DNA of 64,000 nucleotides from Spirochaetota bacterium. GTDB taxonomy: Bacteria; Spirochaetota; UBA4802; UBA5550. A program made the translations under genes and the position numbers. This document shows positions 1 through 9,637 of the stretch, piece by piece (position 1 is the stretch's first letter; every line of letters begins with the position of its first letter). The DNA lies in contig JBNKTL010000006.1 of the NCBI GenBank assembly GCA_050298055.1, positions 70,280 through 134,279 on the forward strand, given 5' to 3'. Under the pieces are notes generated by a model, which saw only the letters and a program-made list of their open reading frames with translations, did no database searches and was not told the DNA's origin.

Positions 1-271
1 TTATCTTTCGGGCAACCCTGCCGAGCATTGCCTCACCCATCCTCACAGACCTGATCCCTCCGAAAGACCCGGTACTGGGAGGCACAATTACGGTTTTCCC
101 CGGGTTCATCCTGTTAAACTCCCGGGCAAGCTCTCCCAGAATAAACTCGCATGCGCCGGTCCCGGGAATTGCCAGTTTGTCAGGTTCACCTGTCCCGTGA
201 CAATCTGTGAACAAAAGCACAATTGCTATTAATATACACCACGTGAGAGCTGTTTCTTTATATACCCTCAT
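1..271 (-). CDS. Periplasmic substrate-binding protein, PstS/PBP-like (partial, runs off the window start)
   Basis: Not in the ORF track; translated by hand from ATG 271: MRVYKETALTWCILIAIVLLFTDC...KLAIPGTGACEFILGELAREFNRMNPG...PPSTGSFGGIRSV...LGRVARKI. Signal peptide plus a phosphate-binding-protein-like GS-x-GG pattern. Confidence 0.65.
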   Translation of the reverse strand, partial: MRVYKETALTWCILIAIVLLFTDCHGTGEPDKLAIPGTGACEFILGELAREFNRMNPGKTVIVPPSTGSFGGIRSVRMGEAMLGRVARKI

Positions 272-380
272 GGATTATCTGTCCAAAAATAATATAAATC
301 TGCATCAAGAAGAACTGTAATCATTAATACCAACTCTATTGAAAAGCATTGAAAATGATAAATTCCGCACTTATATTGTC

Positions 381-659
381 TTATTTTTTCTTTTTATTAC
401 CCGGTCTGCAGAGCGTAAGACAGGTATTATATGACCTTTCACACTTCCCGGGACAGGAATGAAGACCGGTATCACTGCCGGAGTTCCAGCTGTAAGAGAA
501 ATGGATGCTGTCAGTCCTGCAGGTTTCCATGCAGTCAGCCCTGTTATAGTGACACCTTTCTCTGCACCGCGAGTATTCGTCTTCAGGAAAGGTGCTGCAG
601 GAGATGAGCAGGACAAGGAAACCGGCTGATAATTTGACGGGTAAAAAATTCTTAATCAA
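381..659 (-). CDS. Small Cys-rich putative lipoprotein
   Basis: Hydrophobic N-terminus ending LISC, then two similar Cys clusters (CRERC..C...C; CPGKC..C...C). Confidence 0.5.
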   Translation of the reverse strand: MIKNFLPVKLSAGFLVLLISCSTFPEDEYSRCRERCHYNRADCMETCRTDSIHFSYSWNSGSDTGLHSCPGKCERSYNTCLTLCRPGNKKKK

Positions 660-957
660 GAAGTATACCTATTATTCCCTTACAACCGCCGCATTTAAAC
701 CTTACAACAGGTTTCTTCGATTCTTTTTCAGTAATATCCGGCATCCTTTCCCATTTTTTATTACCGCAGACACTACAATTTCCCAGTTTTATTATATGGT
801 TACACCTGATACACCTGAACCTTGCGGGAACACCCTTCACCAGTGCATGAAGGTCTTCCCAGACCATGGCCAGACACCCGGGACATCTTACGAAATCCAG
901 TCCTGTTCCCCTCTTACTAACAAAGTATAAAACAACATATAACCCGTATAAAACCAT
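652..957 (-). CDS. Small multi-CxxC zinc-ribbon protein
   Basis: Four CxxC motifs (CPGC, CIRC, CSVC, CGGC); overlaps the next gene by 8 nt. The start codon is uncertain. Confidence 0.5.
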   Translation of the reverse strand: MVLYGLYVVLYFVSKRGTGLDFVRCPGCLAMVWEDLHALVKGVPARFRCIRCNHIIKLGNCSVCGNKKWERMPDITEKESKKPVVRFKCGGCKGIIGILLD

Positions 958-1007
958 ATGTCAAGGAAGAAATGTATCTGCATTATACCTGTTCAAAAGC
1001 TGTAATC

Positions 1008-1149
1008 GGATCTTTCCAGCTATGTATAAAAATAGACATGTTAATGAACTAAAGATAACTGATGTGTCCCCGCCGCCGAAGGCGGCGGGGACACATTGTT
1101 TGCATTTTATCAAATATGTTTATATTCAGGCATACAGCTGAGCAGTTAC
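1008..1149. mobile_element. Fold-back MITE-like element, copy 1
   Basis: Core palindrome ATGTGTCCCCGCCGCC-gaa-GGCGGCGGGGACACAT (1062-1096); right end GCTGAGCAGTTAC; left end degenerate. Confidence 0.85.
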
Positions 1150-1191
1150 TCATTTACTAAAATATCTACAATATTCACAGCCGTATTTTCA

Positions 1192-1220
1192 TTGACAGAT
1201 GAATATCTGCCCATTATTCT
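1192..1220 (+). promoter_or_regulatory. Putative sigma70 promoter of yqeY
   Basis: TTGACA-17 bp-TATTCT, 27 bp upstream of the ATG. Confidence 0.5.
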
Positions 1221-1247
1221 CAAAAAAAAAATCGGGAGATCAATATT

Positions 1248-1694
1248 ATGGAGATTCTTGAAAAAATTGAAGCTGATCTTAAAAACGCCATAAAAACAGG
1301 GGATATTGTAACCGCTGATACCCTGAGAATGATAAAATCGGACCTTTCATACGAAAAAGCGAAAAAGGGTGAGGATATCGAAGAGGAAAAGGTCATGGAG
1401 ATCATAGCCCGGGCCGCAAAGAGAAGAAAGGAATCCATAAATGAATATAAAAAGGGCAACAGGCAGGACCTTGCGGATAAGGAGGCTGCGGAACTCAAGA
1501 TTGTTGAAAAGTACCTCCCTGAGCAGATGGGGGAGGATGAGGTTGAAAAGGTGGTTGACGGCGTGCTCGCGTCAATGGGCGACGTGAGCAAGAAAGATTT
1601 TGGCAGGGTAATGGGACAGCTGATGAAGGAGCTCAAGGGGAAGGTTGACGGCTCTATAGTGAAATCGCTCCTTACCCGGAAACTGGGAGACTAA
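1248..1694 (+). CDS. yqeY: GatB/YqeY domain protein
   Basis: 148 aa with the typical pattern KRRKESINEYKKGNRQDLADKEAAEL...YLPEQM...DFGRVMG...LKGKVDG. Confidence 0.92.
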   Translation: MEILEKIEADLKNAIKTGDIVTADTLRMIKSDLSYEKAKKGEDIEEEKVMEIIARAAKRRKESINEYKKGNRQDLADKEAAELKIVEKYLPEQMGEDEVEKVVDGVLASMGDVSKKDFGRVMGQLMKELKGKVDGSIVKSLLTRKLGD

Positions 1695-2260
1695 TTCTGT
1701 TCGTTATCAACGAGATGCCCCGCCTCATAGAACGAGGCAAGGTCCGCGGCAAGCGTGGACTTCCCGGTACTCTCCGGCCCGTAGATACAGACCTTTTTGA
1801 GATAGTAGGGCCTTACCCCGCGGGGAAGAGAGTCCCAGTGAAGAAGCGGTTCATTCCTTATGCCGGTGGCAGATACGGGGAACCTGTTCCTTTCCCGGTC
1901 AAAGTCCCTGTGTTTTACCCCCATGTATTCAGCGAGGTACTCACCATACTTCTCGGAACTGAAGAGAATATCAACAGCGGGAAACTTTTCGGAGAGGTAT
2001 TCCTCCCAGACCTTCGAGACCTCCCGTGACGGCCCGGCGGATGCAGGCAAAGGATCATCGGTAAAACGGATATCGATTTTCTTATTATCGCCATAGGTCT
2101 CTCTGAGCCAGTTCAGCCGGAGCGGACCGGGTATCGGCTCATGCTCCCGGGCAGCAAGAAGAATGATCAGCCGGGTACATTTCTCCAGTGCAAAATCAAT
2201 AAGCCCCATATGCCCCCTGTGAAGGGGCATGAATTTTCCGATTATGAGACCGGTTCCCAC
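1691..2260 (-). pseudogene. nadR: C-terminally truncated NadR-like NMN adenylyltransferase/ribosylnicotinamide kinase
   Basis: GKFMPLHRGH (HxGH), FSSEKYG and VSATGIR motifs are intact. The kinase domain stops about 20 aa after the Walker A motif GPESTGKST. Confidence 0.75.
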
Positions 2261-2541
2261 TCCGCTTCTCTGGCTGCCCCCCCTATCATAACCAGAAGGA
2301 GGCTTCCTCCCACTGCCGCAGCAAGCAAGGGAGGAGTGAGGTTGCTGATCTTCAACTCATCCCGTTTATTTGTTTCGGTTTCATCTTTTGGATGGGTCCA
2401 CTTCCACCAGCCGTAAAAGCTCATGATAAGAAAGTAGACCTGTAAAAGCATATCGGAGTAGAACTGGACCTGGTAGAACATCACAAAGAAAAGGAGAATT
2501 TTGACTATTCCTGCCGGCCAGCAGAATATCCTTTCCCTGGC
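2242..2541 (-). pseudogene. pnuC: Internal fragment of nicotinamide riboside transporter PnuC
   Basis: The frame reads ARERIFCWPAGIVKILLFFVMFYQVQFYSDMLLQVYFLIMSFYGWWKW, a PnuC signature. An in-frame stop lies just upstream, the C-terminal half is missing, and it sits directly before nadR. Confidence 0.8.
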
Positions 2542-2564
2542 ATTTTCTTATCCACCCGCGGCCT

Positions 2565-3179
2565 TTACAGGGTGTAGAGTTCGCGATGATCATCAGCCGG
2601 CTGTCTCAGGTTACCGCCTTCATCCATAATACGGTTTCTGTATTTCAGTATGGATATGACTTCGAAGGTCTCAATATGATGGAGTGTGTTGACATTTTTC
2701 AGACCGGTGAGAAATTTCCTGTATTCATTATAATCTTCAACGATAACCTCCATGGTGTAGGATGTTTCACCCTGAACATGGAGTATCGAGTATACAATAG
2801 GGCTCTCCTTTAAAAGCATAAGGATTTCTTCATCATGGTGGGGATTATCGATCTCAACAAAGAAGTGATGCTTCTTTTTCATTTTATTGTAATCTTCAAG
2901 GGTGAAATCCGATTTCTGTTTATGAACATCAATAACTCTCTGTGTGTTAAGCGACAGCATGGCAGGGACCCCGCCGGGGAGCTTCACGGATTTCATCAGG
3001 TTGACCCAGTTACTCAGCTGTTCCCTGTCATCAAAATTTACGTCGATCAGATAGCTGTACCTTCCCATTATGTGAAAAATGGATATAATATGACGGTCAT
3101 CCTTCATAACATTGATAATTTCCCTGTCATCACCCCAGTTCTGAATAAGAACTATTGCATTGATAACTGTTTCTCCCAT
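2565..3179 (-). CDS. Tandem Lrp/AsnC ligand-binding (RAM) domain protein without an HTH
   Basis: Two similar modules, HIMGRYSYLIDVNFDDREQL and HVQGETSYTMEVIVEDYNEY; no N-terminal HTH; GGAG RBS. Confidence 0.65.
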   Translation of the reverse strand: MGETVINAIVLIQNWGDDREIINVMKDDRHIISIFHIMGRYSYLIDVNFDDREQLSNWVNLMKSVKLPGGVPAMLSLNTQRVIDVHKQKSDFTLEDYNKMKKKHHFFVEIDNPHHDEEILMLLKESPIVYSILHVQGETSYTMEVIVEDYNEYRKFLTGLKNVNTLHHIETFEVISILKYRNRIMDEGGNLRQPADDHRELYTL

Positions 3180-3363
3180 CAGGCCCTCCGGATTATTACT
3201 GATCTATTCTCATTAAAATATAATTGCAGTATCATTCTCAGAATTAAAATTCAAAAAGTCAAGAGGATTTACAGGTTGAAGAGAAAGATTTGCCACAGCG
3301 TCACAGAGAAGAAGTGGGGTGAGTATTAAGAGAAGAATTTTTGATCCGCAGATAAACGGAGAT

Positions 3364-3389
3364 AAAAAACCGGCCTAAAGGCCGGTTTT
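3364..3389 (-). terminator. Rho-independent terminator
   Basis: AAAACCGGCCT-aa-AGGCCGGTTTT hairpin with a T-tract on the minus strand, downstream of 3406..3684. Confidence 0.75.
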
Positions 3390-3405
3390 CTAATATGAGT
3401 AATTA

Positions 3406-3684
3406 TTAATAACCTTTGAGGTCCCGGCTGGCACTGCCGTTTTCATCATAACATTTGCCCGAATTACTGTGGCATGAACTGGAGTAGCTTGACACGCTGC
3501 CGCAGTCCGATCCCTTGGCTTTTTTACAGATGGCCATTGCTTTTTTTCTGTCCGAGAATGAATCACCCTTAACACAGACCTTGTACTCGCCCCCGTCACG
3601 AAAACTATAGCACTTTGCGAAAAGTGACAATGAAGAGAAAGCCACAAAGAGTGAAGCTATGACAAATAAAGTAATTTTTTTCAT
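3406..3684 (-). CDS. Small secreted six-Cys protein
   Basis: Signal peptide MKKITLFVIASLFVAFSSLSLFA, six Cys residues, GAGGA RBS and its own terminator. Confidence 0.75.
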   Translation of the reverse strand: MKKITLFVIASLFVAFSSLSLFAKCYSFRDGGEYKVCVKGDSFSDRKKAMAICKKAKGSDCGSVSSYSSSCHSNSGKCYDENGSASRDLKGY

Positions 3685-3892
3685 GCGATCCTCGCTTTTT
3701 CATTTTTTCAGGGGAAAGTCCTCTTTCGTCCTGAATATAATTTTAAGCGGTGAGTATAACAAATTGATAATTATTAATCAAGAAAAATAATGGATTTAGA
3801 AAACTGTTTTAAAACATATTATTCTTGACTTTAAAGATATGCCAGACAACACTTTTCAATAATGTTACTTAAATCAAATCGGGGAACCGGCA

Positions 3893-4666
3893 TTGAAACA
3901 AAAAAAAACACCTGCCCTCTTCTGCTTCATTATTACTGCACTGTTACACTACGGCCCGGCTGACGCGCAGGACCAAAGAATGCTTGAGGTCAATGCCCAG
4001 GCCATTCTCGCCCATGTTGACAGGCTGCTGGAATATCCCCCGGGAGAGCTTCGCGGAAACCTTAATTACAGAAATTCTTCAGGTGAAACCCTCCTGGTCC
4101 AGCTTCGGGGCTGTATTTCAAAAGGAAATTACCTTTTCACTCTCAGCAACCGGAAAAGAGGTGATATTGAGAAGGTCCTGTATAACCGGTTTGGTGAAGA
4201 AATATGGGTCTACAGGATCAATTCACTGAAACTCTATTCCATTGCAGGAATCAACAGGTTTGACCCGGTTGTCTCTACGGGGTTTAACTACATTGACCTC
4301 TCCCATGCAGATCTCCAGAACAGCTTTAATGCCTCAATTACGGGAACCGGAAAGATCAGGAACAGAGAAGTCTACACATTGCTTTTGAAACCGGTTTATC
4401 AATATGGAAATTACAGTAAGCTGGTTCTCTCTGTGGCAGCAAAAACATTCCATCCTCTGAAAATCGATTACTTTGATGAAGACGGCGCCAGGTATAAAAC
4501 CATGAACATTTCAAAGGTAAAGAAAATCGGCAGCAAACTCTTTCCCACCCGGTATGAAATAATCAACAGCCGTTTAAGAACAATAACTGTTCTGAGCTTC
4601 CACTCCTCTGACAGCGGTTACAGTTTTAAAAAGAGCCTCTTCAGGCCCGAAAGCCTTAAAAAGTAG
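3893..4666 (+). CDS. Outer-membrane lipoprotein-sorting (LolA-like) protein
   Basis: Signal peptide; TGFNYIDL, YSKLVLSV and KIDYFDEDGARYKT motifs typical of the LolA-like family. Confidence 0.75.
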   Translation: MKQKKTPALFCFIITALLHYGPADAQDQRMLEVNAQAILAHVDRLLEYPPGELRGNLNYRNSSGETLLVQLRGCISKGNYLFTLSNRKRGDIEKVLYNRFGEEIWVYRINSLKLYSIAGINRFDPVVSTGFNYIDLSHADLQNSFNASITGTGKIRNREVYTLLLKPVYQYGNYSKLVLSVAAKTFHPLKIDYFDEDGARYKTMNISKVKKIGSKLFPTRYEIINSRLRTITVLSFHSSDSGYSFKKSLFRPESLKK

Positions 4667-4672
4667 GTGTTT
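4571..4672 (+). repeat. 102-bp direct repeat, copy A (3' end of the LolA-like gene)
   Basis: Aligns ungapped with 6012-6113; 8 mismatches by hand count. Confidence 0.95.
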
Positions 4673-4684
4673 CCCACCGGAAGT

Positions 4685-5815
4685 TTAATAGATATGCTCA
4701 ACAATCGAGAGTGAAAAATTATCGGTCTTCTTCAGTTTATCAAACACATTCCTCTCTTCCAGTTCCCTGAGGAATTCCTTCATGGCTGCGGTATATTCAC
4801 TTGTTTTTTGTTCCTCATCCGATGCATTATAGTGATCATCATAGGCATCAAAATCAAACCCTTCACTCAACTCATGGTGAAATGACCAGTCCGGGGGGCG
4901 CAGTCCATCCTTGATCTCCTCCGCTGTGCCCAGGGAGCAGACCCCGCCGTCCATTGCAAATGCCGCAAAAACCGTCTCGCCTGACTTATCCGCCAGATCA
5001 TTGACTACAGCGGAATACTCATCTATCATTTTCCCGATATCAAAATCAGCGGGTAATTTATCCGGCTCAGCCAGGAAAGAGTCGATTCTCCCTCTGTAGG
5101 CGTTTCTCTGCTCATCTGAGAGGTCCGGTACTTTTTCCAGGACCAGTTCCGCCATTTTAAGCGAGGAGGTTTCAGGATCGGGCAGTTCCAACCCGCTCTG
5201 CATGATATAGTCCAGGCGCACTTCGATATCATGCCAGCCCATGGAAAGCAGGGTCCTGACCATCTCACTGTTCTTCTGTTCCAGGGCAATCTCCACGGCG
5301 TTTTTCCCGGACCTGTTTCTTTTTTCACGGTCCAGAAACATGCTTCTGAGAAGTTCATAAACAACTTCTCTCTGGTTGAGCTTCACTGCCTGTGTCAGGG
5401 GAGTCTCTCCATCCCGGTTATAAAGGTTAATGACATTTTCCCCTTTCTCTGAGAGCCATGGCCCAATTGCTTCCGGGTCATTGCCGGCCACTGCATCAAA
5501 AAGCTCCCGGGACCTTTCCTTTAAATTCTCATGCCATTTTTTTATATCAATGGGTTCTACGGGATTTAAAAATGACTCAAACTCAAATGTATTGTTTTCT
5601 TTACTAAAAAGCTGTGAAGCAATTTTATGATAAAGCCCGTACATCTCTTCCGCCGAAGAGCATTCATGCGTACCCATAAGAGAGGGATCAATAGGATTTT
5701 CTTTCCTGGATAATAATTGTTTAACGATAACATCAATAATAAATTGATCGGGATCAACACTGATTTGCAGTTCTAATAAGTTACGCGCACAGTGGCATTG
5801 GTGAATAATGATCAT
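4685..5815 (-). CDS. Ankyrin-repeat protein with an acidic C-terminal domain (DUF4303-like)
   Basis: Ankyrin repeats DGETPLTQAVKLNQREVVYELL and GKNAVEIALEQKNSEMVRTLL. The C-terminus (AAFAMDGG...PPDWSF...VFDKLKKTDNF) resembles DUF4303; this part is less certain. Confidence 0.7.
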   Translation of the reverse strand: MIIIHQCHCARNLLELQISVDPDQFIIDVIVKQLLSRKENPIDPSLMGTHECSSAEEMYGLYHKIASQLFSKENNTFEFESFLNPVEPIDIKKWHENLKERSRELFDAVAGNDPEAIGPWLSEKGENVINLYNRDGETPLTQAVKLNQREVVYELLRSMFLDREKRNRSGKNAVEIALEQKNSEMVRTLLSMGWHDIEVRLDYIMQSGLELPDPETSSLKMAELVLEKVPDLSDEQRNAYRGRIDSFLAEPDKLPADFDIGKMIDEYSAVVNDLADKSGETVFAAFAMDGGVCSLGTAEEIKDGLRPPDWSFHHELSEGFDFDAYDDHYNASDEEQKTSEYTAAMKEFLRELEERNVFDKLKKTDNFSLSIVEHIY

Positions 5816-6011
5816 TGTGATTTTCTCCCGGATATTTCATTTTAACCGGCGAACAGATGCCGGTGAAAACTCCATTTTCTGTTTTTTCAAATTTTATGAT
5901 CAGGAAGAATATCCGTCAAGTTTTTCGCTTTATATCATTTTCTCACTGTTTCCTGGTCCTTGGGGCCAGGAATGACTTTCCACTTCTCCTGTCTGAGATT
6001 CTCCTTTCCTG

Positions 6012-6113
6012 CGTTCAATAACAATAACGATTCTGAGCTTCCACTTCTCTGACAGCGGTTACAGGTTTGAAAAGAGCCTCTTCAGGCCCGAAAGCCTTAA
6101 GAAGTAGGTGTTT
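6012..6113 (+). repeat. 102-bp direct repeat, copy B (orphan copy of the LolA-like 3' end)
   Basis: About 92% identical to 4571-4672 and includes the stop codon context AAGTAGGTGTTT. Confidence 0.95.
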
Positions 6114-6210
6114 TGCCCCTGATTATTAAGATAAATTCAGTTAAACTCTTGACATCTGTACAGATTAAATGATAATCCCTTTTAGAATTCGTGGTTATAC
6201 CTGCTTTCTT

Positions 6211-7074
6211 ATGAAATCCAAAAAGTTAATAATTATAATAAATCTCATATTATTTATTATTGGCATTTACTACCGGTCAAATGCAGATGAAATCAAACTC
6301 CGTGATGGGAAGAGCATTTACGGAAAAATTATCGAGATAACCTCCCGTGATATTAAATATCGTGATGGGAAAACCAAAGAAACCGTTATCATCCCTCAGG
6401 AAGGGGCAAAAAGGATAATCTATTTAAAAGAAGAAACGCAGGCAATGCAAAAACCCCAGCCGGCAGAGACAACAGCTGTTAAACCCTTGAATGCTCATTT
6501 CTATTTCGGTTTTGACTACTTTGCAGGCGGAATGACAACCGGTTTAGATGAACCGGAAGATGACGTAAATTTTGCAGACGGATGGTTATGGTGGGGACTT
6601 GATTCGGGAATAATTATCAATAATCATTTCATGACCGGACTTCATGTGTATATCGGGAGCTGGTCAAATTGGTATCAAAATAACAGCGGGGGAGAGGACT
6701 ATACCTTCTCATATGAGATCTATGAATACAGATACTACATATCATACTACCCTGTTCCGGGGAACAGCAAAATCCCGGACAGGTATTTTATCAAAGCGGG
6801 AACCGGCATAGCCCACCTGCTCTATGAAACAGACCACCCCGATTATATAAAGGGTTATAATGACAAGGTAAACACCTATGGAATGACATATCTGGTTGGT
6901 TTCGGATATTCATTTTCTTTAAGCGGTTTTCCAAAAAGTTTCTTAACACTCTTCCCCATAGATACACGTATTACAATTGGAATCGATTATTCTTATCAGA
7001 GATATTTTGATAATGAAATTATTCAGAAAACTCACACCTACCGGATATACTCATCTGCCATGATGTTTTTCTGA
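6211..7074 (+). CDS. Putative outer-membrane beta-barrel protein
   Basis: Signal peptide, N-terminal DEIKLRDGKSIYGKI module, aromatic alternating strands and C-terminal Phe. Start moved from 6169 to the MKSKK Met. Confidence 0.65.
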   Translation: MKSKKLIIIINLILFIIGIYYRSNADEIKLRDGKSIYGKIIEITSRDIKYRDGKTKETVIIPQEGAKRIIYLKEETQAMQKPQPAETTAVKPLNAHFYFGFDYFAGGMTTGLDEPEDDVNFADGWLWWGLDSGIIINNHFMTGLHVYIGSWSNWYQNNSGGEDYTFSYEIYEYRYYISYYPVPGNSKIPDRYFIKAGTGIAHLLYETDHPDYIKGYNDKVNTYGMTYLVGFGYSFSLSGFPKSFLTLFPIDTRITIGIDYSYQRYFDNEIIQKTHTYRIYSSAMMFF

Positions 7075-7343
7075 CAGTACATCATAACGATTTTGAAAAC
7101 GTAAAATCTCATAAGCATGAATCCTTTCATTTCCTGTAAAATATCCAAGGGGGTATATTCACTCATCTATTGAGCCCAACAGACATTATCCGGAGCCTTC
7201 CCATTTGCAGAGATGTCTGGAAATGACATTCTTAAATCAAGTGATATCTGTGTATCAGATGAATAGTGGATCTGAATTCATTATGTTTTTGGTGTTTTCA
7301 AAAGATTAGAATTTTCATTAACATCATAAAGGAGGATTTGAAG

Positions 7344-8630
7344 ATGGTAAAGGCAGTTGATATCTCTCAAAACTTTGATACCACAGGACTTTATAGAATG
7401 CCCTGGACGCAATCTGACAACACAAGCACCTGGCTTGAGATTACCAGAGGGTGTGATATTACATGTGAATACTGCATCCAGGACCATGTGTGTGTTAATA
7501 ACAAAACCCTGGAAGAGATTGAGTTTGAGCTCAGCGAACTCATGAGACTCCGCAAGTGTGATTCAATGATAATTGCCGGCGGAGAGCCTCTTATCCATCC
7601 CGATATTATTAAAATTGTTGAGATGGTGAAATTCCATCAAGTCAAGCCGGTAATTATCACCAATGGTGTTGCACTTGATGACTTACTACTGGGTAAGTTA
7701 AAAAAGGCAGGACTCTACGGAGCGATCCTGCATATCGATTCGGGACAGCATCGGCCCGGCTGGTTTAACAAGGATGAGAAGGAGCTGAATGAACTCAGGC
7801 AGCACTATGTAAATATGTTTTGCAGACAGAATGGACTTATCTGTTCATTTATTACAACGATTACTCCAAGGGCACTCCACCAGGTTCCTGATATTATTGA
7901 ATGGATGAAGAAAAATACCGGAAGCGTCGCACAAAATATCTTCATTCCGGTAAGAGGATGGGATAAAGATGATCCATGGGATTATTATGCAGGCGGGAAA
8001 AAGATCTCAATCGAAACAACAGAGTACAGTCAGGACAATAATTACACTCCTCTGTCGGCAAGGGATATCTCTGAAGAGGTAAAAAAGGTGTTGCCGGAAT
8101 TCAGGTTCAGCGGATTCCTGGGCGGGACAGAAGTTGCGCAGGCACCAAAATGGCTTATCGGTTTATACCTTGAATCGGGAAATAAATTCCTCGGCAATTT
8201 CGGGCATAAGAGCATGGAGATATCACAGGTTGCCCATCATGCTGTCTTCGGGCGATATCTCTCCTTTCTCAACCCCGGACTTTACAGATGGGGCAAACTC
8301 CTCTTTCCTCTCACTCTTTTTGATAACAGTATCCGCAGAGCATTTGCCCGGTATTTTAAATCGATACTGATCAATCCGTTGATAATACTCAAACCGATAA
8401 CAGTGCAGAGCATTATCATCATGCAGCCCTTCGATATCCTTGAAAATGGAGAGTGCGATATGTGTGACGGCTGCCCCAATAAGACCTATTATCAGGGTAG
8501 ACTGGTTTCAGAGTGCAGGATGGAGGAATACCTCAGCTATGGGAGGCTGATGCAGTATGTTCCCAGGGATAAGCCCCATGGGAACCGGGATCGTGAAGGG
8601 ATGAAAACCTTTGAGCAGGCGGTAAAATGA
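7344..8630 (+). CDS. Radical SAM protein with a C-terminal Cys cluster
   Basis: CDITCEYC (CxxxCxxC), AGGEPLIHP, ITNG, and C-terminal CDMCDGCP...C. GGAGG RBS before ATG 7344. Confidence 0.9.
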   Translation: MVKAVDISQNFDTTGLYRMPWTQSDNTSTWLEITRGCDITCEYCIQDHVCVNNKTLEEIEFELSELMRLRKCDSMIIAGGEPLIHPDIIKIVEMVKFHQVKPVIITNGVALDDLLLGKLKKAGLYGAILHIDSGQHRPGWFNKDEKELNELRQHYVNMFCRQNGLICSFITTITPRALHQVPDIIEWMKKNTGSVAQNIFIPVRGWDKDDPWDYYAGGKKISIETTEYSQDNNYTPLSARDISEEVKKVLPEFRFSGFLGGTEVAQAPKWLIGLYLESGNKFLGNFGHKSMEISQVAHHAVFGRYLSFLNPGLYRWGKLLFPLTLFDNSIRRAFARYFKSILINPLIILKPITVQSIIIMQPFDILENGECDMCDGCPNKTYYQGRLVSECRMEEYLSYGRLMQYVPRDKPHGNRDREGMKTFEQAVK

Positions 8631-8648
8631 GAAGGAGAAATATGAGTT

Positions 8649-9476
8649 ATGATTTACAGAAATGTTCACCTTCAGAAGTCAAGGAAACTTACCGGATGGA
8701 GAAAAATGTCACTGGGATCATGGAGACCCACGGGAGATTCCAGTATTCATACCGGGATAGAACTGGATGCGGAACCGTTATTGAAACGTCTGGATAAAAT
8801 CAACGGGAACCGTTCCGGGGGAGATGTTAAAGTCACATTTTTACACTGTTTTTCAAAGGCCCTGGGACAGGCGATTTCTCAAAACCCCCAGATCAATTCA
8901 ATTGTACGTTTTGGAAGAATATATCCCAGAACCGATGTGGATATATTTTTCCACGTGGTTAATAATTTCAACGACGGAGAGGACTTGAGCGGTTTTGTGA
9001 TAAGGAATATTGACAGGAAAGAGTTAAAAGATATCTCCCGGGAGTTTTTCACAACAAGTCGGAATATAAAAGAGGGTTTGCATAAAGAAAATGACAGGAA
9101 AATAAAATCCCTCTTCAGATTATTTCCCGGGATACTCTCAAGATGCCTGCTCAATCTGTTTAGTTTTGTTCTCTACAGCCTGAATCTCTGGTCGCCCCTT
9201 ATGGGAAGCCCCCGAGATTTTTTCGGAAGTGTCATGTTGTCATATATCGGTTCATTCGGGGCCGATAATGCATTTGCACCAATTGCCCCGTATACCAGGA
9301 TCCCTATGGTTATTTCTCTGGGGGCAGTAAAGAAAAGGCCCTTTGTAATCGGTGATTCAATTGTTGCGAGAAATACCGTGAGAGTCGGGATTGTATACGA
9401 CCACAGGATCTGCGACGGAATACATATTCAGAAGATGATCAACGATCTTACACAGTTTGTGGAATCCACAGGATAA
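8649..9476 (+). CDS. Stand-alone 2-oxoacid dehydrogenase E2-type acyltransferase catalytic domain
   Basis: DHRICDG catalytic motif, P-x-INS and GSVMLSYIGSFG; no lipoyl or E3-binding domain. Confidence 0.85.
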   Translation: MIYRNVHLQKSRKLTGWRKMSLGSWRPTGDSSIHTGIELDAEPLLKRLDKINGNRSGGDVKVTFLHCFSKALGQAISQNPQINSIVRFGRIYPRTDVDIFFHVVNNFNDGEDLSGFVIRNIDRKELKDISREFFTTSRNIKEGLHKENDRKIKSLFRLFPGILSRCLLNLFSFVLYSLNLWSPLMGSPRDFFGSVMLSYIGSFGADNAFAPIAPYTRIPMVISLGAVKKRPFVIGDSIVARNTVRVGIVYDHRICDGIHIQKMINDLTQFVESTG

Positions 9477-9637
9477 ATGGATCAGGAGACCCGCTCACTT
9501 TTTCTTCTTTTCACCCGCAGATGCGGGATAGATCGCAGCTCTGGCGAGAACAGACCCTGATAATTCGCAGGATATTGTTTCCCTGTTGAGTTAAATTTTT
9601 ACGAACAGGTAAATTTCAAAAAAAATCCGGAAAATAC

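Noticed and set aside
1062..1096. The palindrome core as a plain Rho-independent terminator
   Set aside because: It lacks a U-tract, many copies lie between divergent genes, and it is embedded in a larger conserved element.
5935..6011. Possible 3' gene remnant on the minus strand next to repeat copy B
   Set aside because: Only about 26 codons with no recognisable motif.
7344..8630. Radical SAM as tetraether synthase (Tes) or MoaA
   Set aside because: It lacks the N-terminal CPxHG metal site of Tes, and no molybdopterin genes are nearby.
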